A DNA stretch of 64,000 bases from Craspedostauros australis (lineage: Eukaryota). Made by a program: the position numbers and the translations under genes. The notes below the pieces were generated by a model that saw nothing but the letters and a program-made list of their open reading frames with translations, was not told where the DNA came from and searched no databases. Shown one piece after another: positions 50,862-61,533 of the stretch. Position 1 is the first letter of the stretch; every line of letters starts with the position of its first letter. The stretch lies in assembly GCA_030167865.1 (NCBI GenBank), contig JALAGF010004118.1, positions 1-64,000 of the forward strand. The letters are read 5' to 3'.

Positions 50862-51574
50862 TGCTGGATCTCTCGTTTGGTGTTATCGCAAAATGATATT
50901 GTAATGTGTTTGTGATGTAAGCTACGATCTGAGCGTGATGCACAAGAGTGCATTGTCCTCTGCGAGAATGTGCACAAGAAGAACGCAAACGACACATCGT
51001 CCGGTGTGCTCCTCTCCTTGGCGCTCGTCGTGTAATCTCACTGCGCTCTCTTTACTACCTACTACGCGTGTTGTATTCGTGTCAAGTCTCCTTCTCGACA
51101 CGGCACAGGCGTGTGATACTCTTGTCGCGCCGCCCCCAATTCCGCGAGATTCGTCACACCCGTTCCCGTTTGACTTTGCTCTTTGGGGACATGGCAGTCA
51201 TTTTCCGCACTTTGTCACACTCGCGACTGTTCCGAACGCAGTGGCGGCGTTGTCCGGTGATTGCTGCCATCGTTAAGTCGTGTTGATGTTCCCTTCTGCG
51301 ACATGTACTCTTATTGTACGACACTAAGCCGTTCCCTTGTTCTTTCGCTCACGCATTCTATTACCGGTATTGCGCTTTCGTTGGCTCTGACACCGACACA
51401 GCACGTGTGCGCCTTCAACGTGAACACACGTGGCTGCCTTAAGTCCTCGGTCGCGTCGTCATTGGTCTCCCATCGTTCGCTTTCGTCCAAATGGAGGTAG
51501 ATTGCGCACTCTATCACGGAGCAACATAATACATCATCACTCTCTACTCATGCTGCGATGTTGTCATTATTGTA

Positions 51575-52341
51575 TTGGCATACTGCAGAACGCATGCAAC
51601 TAATGCACGTATTTTCCCGTACTCGTATGATGCCACACAATACAACATTATATAATAGTTCGTAGAGCAGGAGAAGACGAGCAGCCCTCATGATCACCGC
51701 CGTTGTTCGAGGATTGAGATGGGAGTGAGCACGAGGGCAGTGGCTCCAACAGCAAACGTGATGCATCCATCCGATGCGGGCCACAACTTGCCAATGGCCA
51801 TGTCTTCAGTGTGATGTGATGGCTATGGACGAAGAAGTTGCTTCATCCTGCCAACCTTCGCAGCGCAGCTTCACATCGCATCTTTTAATCGTATTCGTGG
51901 CAGCGGGTCTAATTCACGTACTCGTCCGGATACTGGTACGCGTACGAGTACACGACCCTTCGAGAAGGACATATAATAGAATAAAAGAATACTATTCTAC
52001 TCCACATGGTGGAGTACGAGTGCATCACATTCCCACCCCTGACAACTCATCGCTCGGAGACAGAGACAGGGACAGAGAGAGCGAGGCAGTCGCAGGAAGA
52101 AATGAGAAGAGATGCGCAGACGGATGGGTGTCCGGCTGGAACATTCTCTCCGTGTTGGTCATGAACAATACTGCTGCTTTCCTCCAATGCTATTCCGTCC
52201 TCTGTGCACCAGAATGTGCGACAATCTATTGCGGTGCGACATTTATTGCGATGCGATGATGAGCACGCCCACTCCTGTACGTAACGTGTTGTAGATTCCA
52301 CCAAGACAGCCTCAACTTTGGTCACCGGATGAGGCAGGCAT
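51575..52341 (+). repeat. Long direct repeat, copy 1 (~767 bp)
   Basis: Aligns co-linearly with 58796-59498, roughly 90% identical by eye over the first 200 bp. Has ~57 bp (about 51851-51910) that copy 2 lacks. Confidence 0.95.
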
Positions 52342-53599
52342 CGCACGTATGCAAATGCGGATTTTTAAGATAAGGACCTAGATCATCCTATTATGTTGTA
52401 GAAAGTATGTGTGTGAAGTTACAAGCTCCTGGGCCTTGTAGATAAAAAGGTTACATTTTCGCATTAGGCTACGACTAAACACGTTGATTCTGCGGACGCA
52501 AAGGGGCAACTGGAGATACGAATCTCCAGTCGTGCTTCAACTTGTGCCCAGTCATGTCCATCATCGACACACCCACATTTCATGTGGGTGGGGTGGTTGG
52601 CTGCGAAACAATGTCGAGGATTGTGCAGTGGCAGTAGACATGATGAGGCTGCTGCTTCATCTGGGCTTTGGATTGGTGGAAGGCATGTAGAGAGCTGTAA
52701 ATACGTTGGTCAGCAGGTTGCAGGCTCCATGCTATCCATGGGTGGTACACCCCAATTCAACCTTTTCCCTCACCCTTAACTTGACCTGGGCCCTGCCTTG
52801 TTCTCGGTTCTACTGCTGTTCATTGCCCAAGAGGTTGACCCTACTCCACGTCCCAATCAGCACACATTGCCTTCCCTCCATATTCCCACTCTATTCTGCA
52901 GCCTTGTCCTTGCTTCAGGTCTATTCCCTGCCTGTGTGTTTGGATCTCCTCTCTGCTTGTAGTCGCCAACAGCCATTGTTGGCTTTTGGCGGTTGTTCAA
53001 CTGCTCTCCTCTCGGCTTCTTATTTCAGTGTCAATGAACCTGCAAGTGCTCGAATCACAACATGAGAAACAACAAGGAAAGCAGCACTGCCACCACCAGT
53101 CTCTTTCCGCACCATGCCAACAGCTCAGCAGATGACTTCGGCATCCAATGCCCAAGAGGAGCAAAGCAAGTTGCGCAGGACTTTGTATTAACAAACTAAG
53201 CTTAGTGTCAATACTATTAGACTGTATTTTGCATACCATAGGATAAGTCACTGTGCTCCATTACATCATGTTATATTGTGTAGTATTCGCAAGTGTTGCT
53301 GTTGCCGTGGATGCGCAGGGATGCCACCACCGACGCCGTGCTGTTTGACACAACACGCACAAAGGAGGGAACACCCAACCGAGCCAAATCACCAACAACG
53401 CAAGGAATCAACGCGACAACAAATCTGCCACAACTCTTCCGCCCACACCCATGAACACCATCGCAGTCTGACATCGACCATCAGTGGCGTCATCATCTTC
53501 GTCCTAATCGAGAACAAGCCAGCCAGGTGTTCATGTCGTAGAAGCTAGCAAAACATATCTAACCCTAATGGACAACGCGCCGTTTGGTTGTGTGACAAC

Positions 53600-53721
53600 A
53601 TCACGTTTTACTATTTCAAATCCGCAGGATCGTACGTGCGAACCCTGAATGGGGTCCAAAAAGTATCACGTTTCACTATGCCAAATCCGCAGAATATTCC
53701 TCGACTTAACTGAATGGGGTC
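53600..53721. repeat. Imperfect tandem duplication with a 65-bp period
   Basis: ATCACGTTT.ACTAT..CAAATCCGCAG.AT at 53600 and 53665; CTGAATGGGGTC at 53645 and 53710. Confidence 0.85.
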
Positions 53722-54138
53722 ATACGTACTCCACCATGGGGGTTTGCCCTGGTCCTATTTGGACGGAGCAAAGACTTAGTCTGATGGCGTTCGGCTCGTG
53801 CTGCACTTTGACATGTATGTACGTATACTAGTTTTACGATTGTATGAGGACGTGTGATCTGAATTGTTTGACAGTGTGCGGCGTGTTGGGGCTGTCAGGC
53901 ACTGGTCCAATTGAGCGCTACATCACTTTCTTGTCCCAGCAACGCTCTTACCCAAGTCCGCTGATACTGTATGCTGATGGATGGCAAGACCCTTTCGACA
54001 CTACGGTTGTGCTGAAGACCCAATGAAGAGGGTGATTTTGTCATCATCTGTATGGTGGCTGGCCCAAACCCTTCAAGACCTGGATTTGGCACGAAACCGG
54101 AGGAGGCATGTGCTCGTGCTTGTGCTCCCACAGGCCGC

Positions 54139-56652
54139 TTAGGTGCAGTCTGGGCAAGTGCTGCCGGAGGCAATGGTCAAGACGGCATTGAGAGACTCAC
54201 AGGGGTTGCCCGCATCAAGATCATTTTGGCATGCGTTGCATTTGGGGTCAATCCTGCTGTAGGCATCGTTGCACACTCTGTCGCCGAGGATGACGTCCGC
54301 GTTAAAGTAGTAGCTGTAGCCCAGGTAATAGCAGGAGTCCTCTGGCACGCAAGTACCATCACCGATAAGTGTGTCTCCCCCGAACCGGTTGACTGGTGTG
54401 CCACAGAAGTAGTAGTGAGAGTTGATGTTCGTGCACGAGCTGTCGTTGACACAGGACCCGGCTCCCACAATAGTGTTGGACACACGCTTGTTGTCGGTGG
54501 TGCCGTTGCCCTGGGTGGGTGTTGTGGTCGCATAATTTTCTGCTCCAGCACCCATGGCAGCGCAGGCTCTATAGTCAGCGCATGATCCTGCGCCAATAAT
54601 TGCGTCGCCGTTGGAGTATTCCGCAAGGGAGAAGCATGCCTGGTATCCAGTGCACGATCCTGGCCCAATGATGGAGGCCTTGTCACTTCCAGAGTTCAAG
54701 TTGAAGTTGAAGCATGATTGACCATCGTAACTATTGTCAGAGAGGCAGGATCTCTGGAAGATCATGGACTGAGTCTCAATGCTTTTGCATGCCTCCTTGA
54801 CCCCAATGCAACTATTGGATGCGATAGAGGCGATGCCGATCCAGGAGCAGGCGTTGTATCCGTCGCAGCATGTGCGTCCTTCCTCCTCACACCAAGCCAT
54901 AGCATCAACATCGGTTCCCGTGAACATCTCACCTGTGGCGTCGGCGGCCGCTTTGAAGATCTCGAGGACACCGGTCTTTCCGCTGATGGTATTGAAGAGA
55001 GCGACGCCGTCAGCAATGGTTGCCTGGTTTTCGAAGATCCCAAGGAGATCAGCTTCGTTTTGGATAGTGGAGAGAAGGGTCCTTCCTGCGGATGTGTCTG
55101 GTGTTCCGAGAGCAAGCAGGAATGTCAGAGGAGTTGGGGCTGATGTGGGAGTTGAGGTTGGGGCTGATGTGGGAGGTGACGTGAGAGGTGTTGGGAAAGG
55201 GGTGGGGGAAAAGGTCGGAGAGTCTGTGGGCAAGGTGTCCTTGCCAATGCAGTACTCATCCACCTTGTCACCAGTGGGATTATTGTTGGTGTCATTGCCT
55301 CCTTTTGGACAGGCCCCATCGACATCGCTGATGATGTAGACTTTGTCGGAGTCGCACTCCGTCTTCGTCATGCATCCTCTGCAGCCTTCGAAACTGCCAC
55401 ATCCACCAGGAGGAACGACGAGGTCGGTCCTCATCCTGTCATTGAAGCCCATCTTCTCGCATGACCCATCGGCGGCGCAACCACCAGCACCAATGGTCAG
55501 GCTGCCTGCACGCTTGCCAGCAGTACCATGGTTGACAGTGGAATGGGCATCCTTGCAGGCATTGTTGCCAACGCACGCATTCGCCCCGATGTCAATGTGG
55601 CTGCGGATGCGGATGGGGGCCTTCTGTACAACACGACGTCCAGCTGCATTGCATGCCTCTGATCCAATACATGCACCGGTCTGAATGGTGACATCACCAT
55701 GAGAGCGGCGTCCCACTCCCTCACAAGATTGAGGGGTGGTGCATGCCATCTCACCGACGAAGGTGACTCCTGTGATGGACGGGTTGATCTCGTTCTCATT
55801 CATCAGCTTGCACGCACTCGCGCCAGTGCAGGAGGAATCGAGAATGAGGGGATTGGGACCCATATCCTTGCAGGCGCTGTCGCCGGTGCAGGCAGTGATG
55901 GCGACGGTCATGAATGGAGGAGAGTCGGAGGCAGATCCAGTGACTGAAGTGCATCCTGAGGATCCTTGGCAGCATGGGGTGCCGATGGCAAGCGATTGCA
56001 TCGCAGCGATGTCCGCGCATGCTGCCTCCATCGCATCAGGTCGTTCGGTGACGAGGACTGGCTTGGTGGCAGCGACCAGGGCCAATTGGCCAGCAAGCAC
56101 ATCATCCGATGCGTACTTGTTGAAGAGCTTGCGTGCAGATCCTTCGCCGAGGTCTCCTGCACAGCCGAAGAAGTTCTGTAGCTGCTCGGATTCCTTGACA
56201 GCGCTGATGGCTTTGCGACAGGATGGCTTATTCGCATCGCAGATGATGGTTTTGGCGCTTGCCTCTTGTGTTGTGAGGGTGGTGGTGCCGTCTGGCTGGC
56301 AAATGACCTCGATGGTGGAATCGAAGACAGTTGGGGCAGCTGATGGTTTGGATGTTGGTAGGAGGGTAGGCTGGGAGGTCGGCGAGGCAGTTGGCGACCT
56401 AGTAGGCAACGCGGTTGGCGCGGTTGTTTCTGCACCAGCCGGGTTTTCAGTGGGTGGCACTTGGTTGTTCTTGTTGCCCTTGTTGGTGTTCGTGTCACCG
56501 TTGGCATCCTTGAGGATGCGGGTCTTCATCATCATCATGTGGAGTTCCTCGGCTGGATCCACAGGAATCCTGTTGCCACGGAGGGCAGCGTGGGTTGTTG
56601 CCATGTTGGCGACAGCGATAAAAGCCGCGAAGGCTGTGTTGGTGCAGAGCAT
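54139..56652 (-). CDS. Secreted cysteine-repeat protein (837 aa) with PT-rich linkers, probably cell-surface or extracellular matrix
   Basis: Signal-peptide-like MLCTNTAFAAFIAVANMATTHA-ALRG. Two PTxxPT stalks. Over a dozen (I)GxxxCxGxxAC-type repeats. No clear TM anchor. Intronless. Confidence 0.88.
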   Translation of the reverse strand: MLCTNTAFAAFIAVANMATTHAALRGNRIPVDPAEELHMMMMKTRILKDANGDTNTNKGNKNNQVPPTENPAGAETTAPTALPTRSPTASPTSQPTLLPTSKPSAAPTVFDSTIEVICQPDGTTTLTTQEASAKTIICDANKPSCRKAISAVKESEQLQNFFGCAGDLGEGSARKLFNKYASDDVLAGQLALVAATKPVLVTERPDAMEAACADIAAMQSLAIGTPCCQGSSGCTSVTGSASDSPPFMTVAITACTGDSACKDMGPNPLILDSSCTGASACKLMNENEINPSITGVTFVGEMACTTPQSCEGVGRRSHGDVTIQTGACIGSEACNAAGRRVVQKAPIRIRSHIDIGANACVGNNACKDAHSTVNHGTAGKRAGSLTIGAGGCAADGSCEKMGFNDRMRTDLVVPPGGCGSFEGCRGCMTKTECDSDKVYIISDVDGACPKGGNDTNNNPTGDKVDEYCIGKDTLPTDSPTFSPTPFPTPLTSPPTSAPTSTPTSAPTPLTFLLALGTPDTSAGRTLLSTIQNEADLLGIFENQATIADGVALFNTISGKTGVLEIFKAAADATGEMFTGTDVDAMAWCEEEGRTCCDGYNACSWIGIASIASNSCIGVKEACKSIETQSMIFQRSCLSDNSYDGQSCFNFNLNSGSDKASIIGPGSCTGYQACFSLAEYSNGDAIIGAGSCADYRACAAMGAGAENYATTTPTQGNGTTDNKRVSNTIVGAGSCVNDSSCTNINSHYYFCGTPVNRFGGDTLIGDGTCVPEDSCYYLGYSYYFNADVILGDRVCNDAYSRIDPKCNACQNDLDAGNPCESLNAVLTIASGSTCPDCT

Positions 56653-58216
56653 CTTTGCTGTTGTCTTCGTCGCCGTCGTGAGACTGTTTGGTTCTGCACA
56701 GGGGTGCATTTGTATGTGCGCATGTATGCATACGTGTCACGAGAATGGGTTGGTACGGATCACGTATGGGTTGAGATTGGCAATGCAAGCACCATGTGTA
56801 AGTTTGGCAGCGAGTTCCGTCCCACGAAGAACGGCAACGATTGTGAGTGTTGCAGTGATGTGTTCGTTTGTGTGAGCAGAATTGTTGGAGTGTGAAATGA
56901 TGCAATACGTGGTGGCGAGCAGCAACAACAACGACAGCAATCAATGAAGATTAACGATATCCATCAATTGACGCAACGTCGTGACGATTCGATCACGTCA
57001 AAATTGCGCACACAGGAGGCATCGGTTGCGAATGCGAAGGGAAGGGGAGAGAAGGAACGATGGTGATGGAAAAGATCAGCATGAGATAATTCGTCTTGGT
57101 GGAGGTGCGGAGTTTGAGCGCCTGGGGGTGGAGTGGCGCGCGTCTGGCATTGGCATGACACGAGGCATCCTGAACGAGATGGTCACCATCGGCAGGCGCC
57201 GCAGCACTGCTGCATGACGAGCCGCGAAGATTGACTGGGATGTAGGTATGGTGTTCATACTCGCAGGTATCTTGCATCTCGAGCGTTGGTTCGTGCTGCC
57301 ATTTCATCAGTGCGGTTGCATCATCTGCGACGATAGCCGCAGTTCGCGTGCGTCTTGACGTCAGTTTTGCAAATGAATGCACTCTCCGTTCTGTAGGTGT
57401 GAGTCTGTGTGTGCGCGTGTCCGTTGTCGATTCTTCCTCATGCATCGACCAGGCTTCCATCCTCCTTTCTTCGTGATGTGTGCGTACCTTTTGAGTTGTT
57501 TCACTTCGTTGCGGTCTCAAAGGGGCTTGTCGACACTTTCCAATGCCTGCTAGTTGTTAGTTGATTGCTGGTTGTTGGCGTTTCCAATCTGATGATTGAT
57601 TGCTTTGTGAGGCTTTGTGTCGATTTCGGAGGCAACGAGGTGATTCCTGTGAGTTTGCTTCGCGGTGTTCTTAGTTCACCTTCCTGCGAAGGAAGGTCGG
57701 AAGTCAACGAGGGCCGAAGGAAGCTTCCCGCCCTCTCACGAAACACCTTCGAACGCAAACTGGAGACCACAATTGTGGAGAAATCCACTTGGCGGAAATT
57801 GAGAGTTCTTGTTTCACGCAAATAGTGCTGTTTTTGTTTTGTTTTGTCGTTGTTTTTATCGTTTTGTTGTTCTCAATGGCAAATCGTGAGACCAAATTTT
57901 CCATCTTGTCACACAATTTCCCTTCTCCATTTTTGTATTCACACTTTGCATTCATTGTTCCACCCGCACAATTCTCTTCACCCATTGTGCTACTGACATG
58001 TTTTTGTTCTTTATGCGGTTTCATAGTATCTGTGATTCCCGACAGGGAGAGGGGTTGCCATCCTTGGACAGCGCTTTGGCAGCAGCAGAGAGGAGCATGA
58101 TGTAGTTGTTGGTGTGGAGTTGTGTTGTTTGTAAGTGGGATGTGATGAGCTGCACTGGTCTGAGACGAAGCGAGGAAAGGAGAACATGTGATGAAAGGTG
58201 AACCATTCGTCGACAA

Positions 58217-58251
58217 CAACGACGACGATGACGATGACGATGACAATGACG

Positions 58252-58281
<30 letters not shown>
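58217..58281. repeat. Compound microsatellite (GAC/GAT)n(ACT)n
   Basis: Read directly. Confidence 0.9.
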
Positions 58282-58282
<1 letters not shown>

Positions 58283-58795
58283 GGACGAGCACTACCATGG
58301 AACACATTGGCGAGTGCGCATGACATTGGCAAGGACAGTTTCGAAATGGGGCGAAAGTACGGCGATGATGTGTGAATTTGTGAGTGGAAGGCGATGATGT
58401 TGGATTTGGATGTGTGACGCTCGCCAACAATTTGTGTGTTGTTGTGACACACAGAATGCCAAAACATGCGTCACATGCTAACATGCAATTAACGAATACC
58501 AAACGAACGACACCTTGGGAAGCGCGTTCGTGACTGGGCGCCTGGCGATAAATTCACGAGAACGTCACAGAACCTTCGGCCAACAACAACTGGTTTCGTG
58601 CTGTTGGACCCACGTGTCTGCTATGCTTGCATAGATAGATCCATAAAACCCAAAATAAGGTCTAACTAAAAAGTATTGGCTATTTATTGACAAGGAGACT
58701 AAGAGGATTACGAATATGTGCTTGGTTTGGATATCCGAGCAAAAGGTCTCGAGCCCCATTACAAAGCGCAGGTTGAGCTGCCAACGGGGCTCGTG

Positions 58796-59498
58796 TTGGC
58801 ATGATGCAGAACGCATGCAACTACTAAACGTATTTCCCCGTACTCGTATGATGCCACACAATACAATATAATATAATAGTTCGTAGAGCAGGAGAAGACG
58901 AGCAGCCCTCATGGTCGCCGCCTTTGTCCGAGGATCGAGATAGGGGTGAGCACGACAGCAGGAGCTCCAGCAGCAAACGCGATGCATCCATCCGATGCGG
59001 GCCACAACTTGCCAATGGTCATGTCTTCAGTGTGATGTGGTTGCCAGGGACGAAGAAGTTGCTTCATCCTGTCGAATCCACGTACTCGTCCGGATACTGG
59101 TACTTGTACGAGTACACAACCCTTCGAGAAGGACATATAATATAATAATAGAATACTATTCTACTCCACATGGTGTAGTACGAGTGCATCACATTCCCAC
59201 CCTGACAACTCATCGCTCGGAGAGAGAGAGAGAGCGAGCGAGGCAGTCGCAGGAAGAAATGAGAAGAGGCGCGCAGACGGATGGGTGTCCGGTTGGAGCA
59301 TTCTCTCCGCGTGGGCCAGGAACAACGCTGCTGCTTTCCTCCAATGCTATTCCGTCCTCTGTGCACCAGAATGTGCGACAATCTATTGCGGTGCGACATC
59401 TATTGCGATGCGATGATGAGCACGCCCACTCCTGTACGTAACGTGTCGGAGATTCCGCCAAGACAGCCTCAACTTTGGTCACCAGATGAGGCAGGCAT
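58796..59498 (+). repeat. Long direct repeat, copy 2 (~703 bp)
   Basis: Same orientation as 51575-52341. Both copies start TTGGCAT and end GATGAGGCAGGCAT. Confidence 0.95.
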
Positions 59499-60330
59499 GC
59501 AACACAGAAGAGTACTCATACGCCACTGGATTCCGCTCTGCTCCCTCGCAACAAGTTGAATGGATGCACTCGGCCATACGAGCACGTTGACATCGTTACG
59601 AACGGAGTCATCATGCCTCGCAGTTTCGTTCCACCAAATTGCTGTTGCACCGACAAGGTCACTCGTCTCAATTTCTGCATCATCCGAACAACAACACAAC
59701 AAATCCGCGCATTTCAAGTCGCATCGCCCAAGCCAGCTGTGAACCCGATGCAATGTAGCCGTATGTACTGCGCTACTCATTGATCACAAGAGGACCATCG
59801 CGAGTACCATTGCGCACCACCCGCTCATCCAACAGAAGAGCCTCATCTGGTCCGACATCCAGGGGCAGCTGCATTGATACGATCATTTGTCGCGTGCAAA
59901 TATAATAGTGCTGCACACACGGGACGAAGATGTGCTCATCTTCTTTGGAACAATGCGCATGGGAGGCAGATGGATGTGCAGTTTCATTCACCTCATCTCT
60001 TCTGCGGCTCCTCGCAAAGGAGGCAGGTCAATCCTCCAGGAGGGCGGAGTGAGCACATGTCGCCTGGTTCGTCGCATGAGATGATGCAAGCTGCGGGGAC
60101 GAGCATCGGCACTGCTCGACGAATGTCGGAGTGGACTGATGAGAGAACATGGAAACTGTGAGCATGGCAAACGCGAAGAGGAAAAGATGAGATGAGAGTT
60201 CGCCCTGCGGTGTTCGTGCAAACAGCATGCCAACAACGATTGATGCTTCCGCAACGCAAAGATGCCGACGAACGTGAAGTTGCAACCCAATCCCACGCCA
60301 ATAGAAGTTAGCCTTTCTGACAGCAGGTTC

Positions 60331-60346
60331 CACGTGACGTCACGTG
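60331..60346. promoter_or_regulatory. Perfect 16-bp palindrome CACGTGACGTCACGTG (two G-boxes overlapping a TGACGTCA site)
   Basis: The palindrome is read directly. Function as a bZIP/bHLH site is inferred from known motif preferences. Confidence 0.5.
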
Positions 60347-61533
60347 ACTGACACGGTCCGCGTTGGATCGCTGGTAGTGCAACACGTAGGTAGATTGCGG
60401 TAGGATTTTGACGTGGCGAAGTGCCCAACTTCAAGGATGCGCGAAATTGTTGGTTCGCAGCGTATCCAATCACATCCGATCTTCGTCCACAAAACAAGAT
60501 GGCGCGATAATTGGCGGAAAGCTGCTGCGTTTTGTTTGGTTCGTTGCGTTATCCGCGGCCTGCTGGCTGTCTGACATGCTCCTTTTGGCTCTGCCTGACT
60601 TTTGGGGTTGATTGCAAAGTTCCAGAGCATGTGGTGACGTAATCACAGCATCAACAGCCATCCATGTGAGCATGGCATGCATGTTGTGTATCACCTTCCA
60701 ATAGACCCAGCTTGCAAAGACAGCAATCGAAGAAGCAAACAGCATCATCACAGTCCCGTCCAGTTGAGTTGAGTTGAATGCAGTTGCATACAGTTGAGTG
60801 GAGTACGGGCAGCGAGTTGGCGAAGAAATCGGGAATCTGTGTGCGTTTGTGGTTGCAGTGATGACTCCAGCAGTCGTTGTGCAACTTCTGTGAAAGAAGA
60901 AAGGAAGACGGCTCTGCGTCGTTGCTGCCTCACAAACGCGTGCTCTCACAACAACTTCATCCACCAATCGGTCTCTCTGTCTGTGGCATACATGCACATA
61001 CCATCATAATCGATATCATCGTCATCATCGTTATCGTCATCATCAACGACGGCAGCAACACCGCTAAAAGCAAAGAAGAGCAACGCAGTGACGATCACAG
61101 CAACAGCCATAGAATACGAAGACGCACGCTAGCTTGCACGCGGAAGGGCCGAAAGACGAATCTGCTCTGTCGACATCTTCCGTTCTTCATCGTGGAACCT
61201 GGCATTCATCACCCATCGTCGCCCTGAGCATCGCCGCGATTGCATTGAATTGCATTGGAATTGCTTCCTTCCTCTCTGCGGTCAGACGCGAACAAAGACA
61301 CGCACAAGGACGCACATTCACACGCATTCACATGCACGCTGGATGTAACTGCAATTGATAGCTTTGTCCTCATCGCAGACACAAACGAGAAGGCCGCCTC
61401 CGTCTTCTTCTTGTGTTCAATCAGGCATCACATCCGAAGCCCAAATTCAACAGTGCGACCAGGAGCACAGGCATCCACATCGACATCGACGTTATTAGTA
61501 GTAGTAGCATAATTCCTCATTGAGCAGCACGCG

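Noticed and set aside
53559-53568. CTAACCCTAA telomere-like motif
   Set aside because: Under two units; compatible with chance.
51575-59498. Autonomous LTR retrotransposon
   Set aside because: No gag, protease, RT, RNase H or integrase between the repeats, and no convincing PBS, PPT or target-site duplication.
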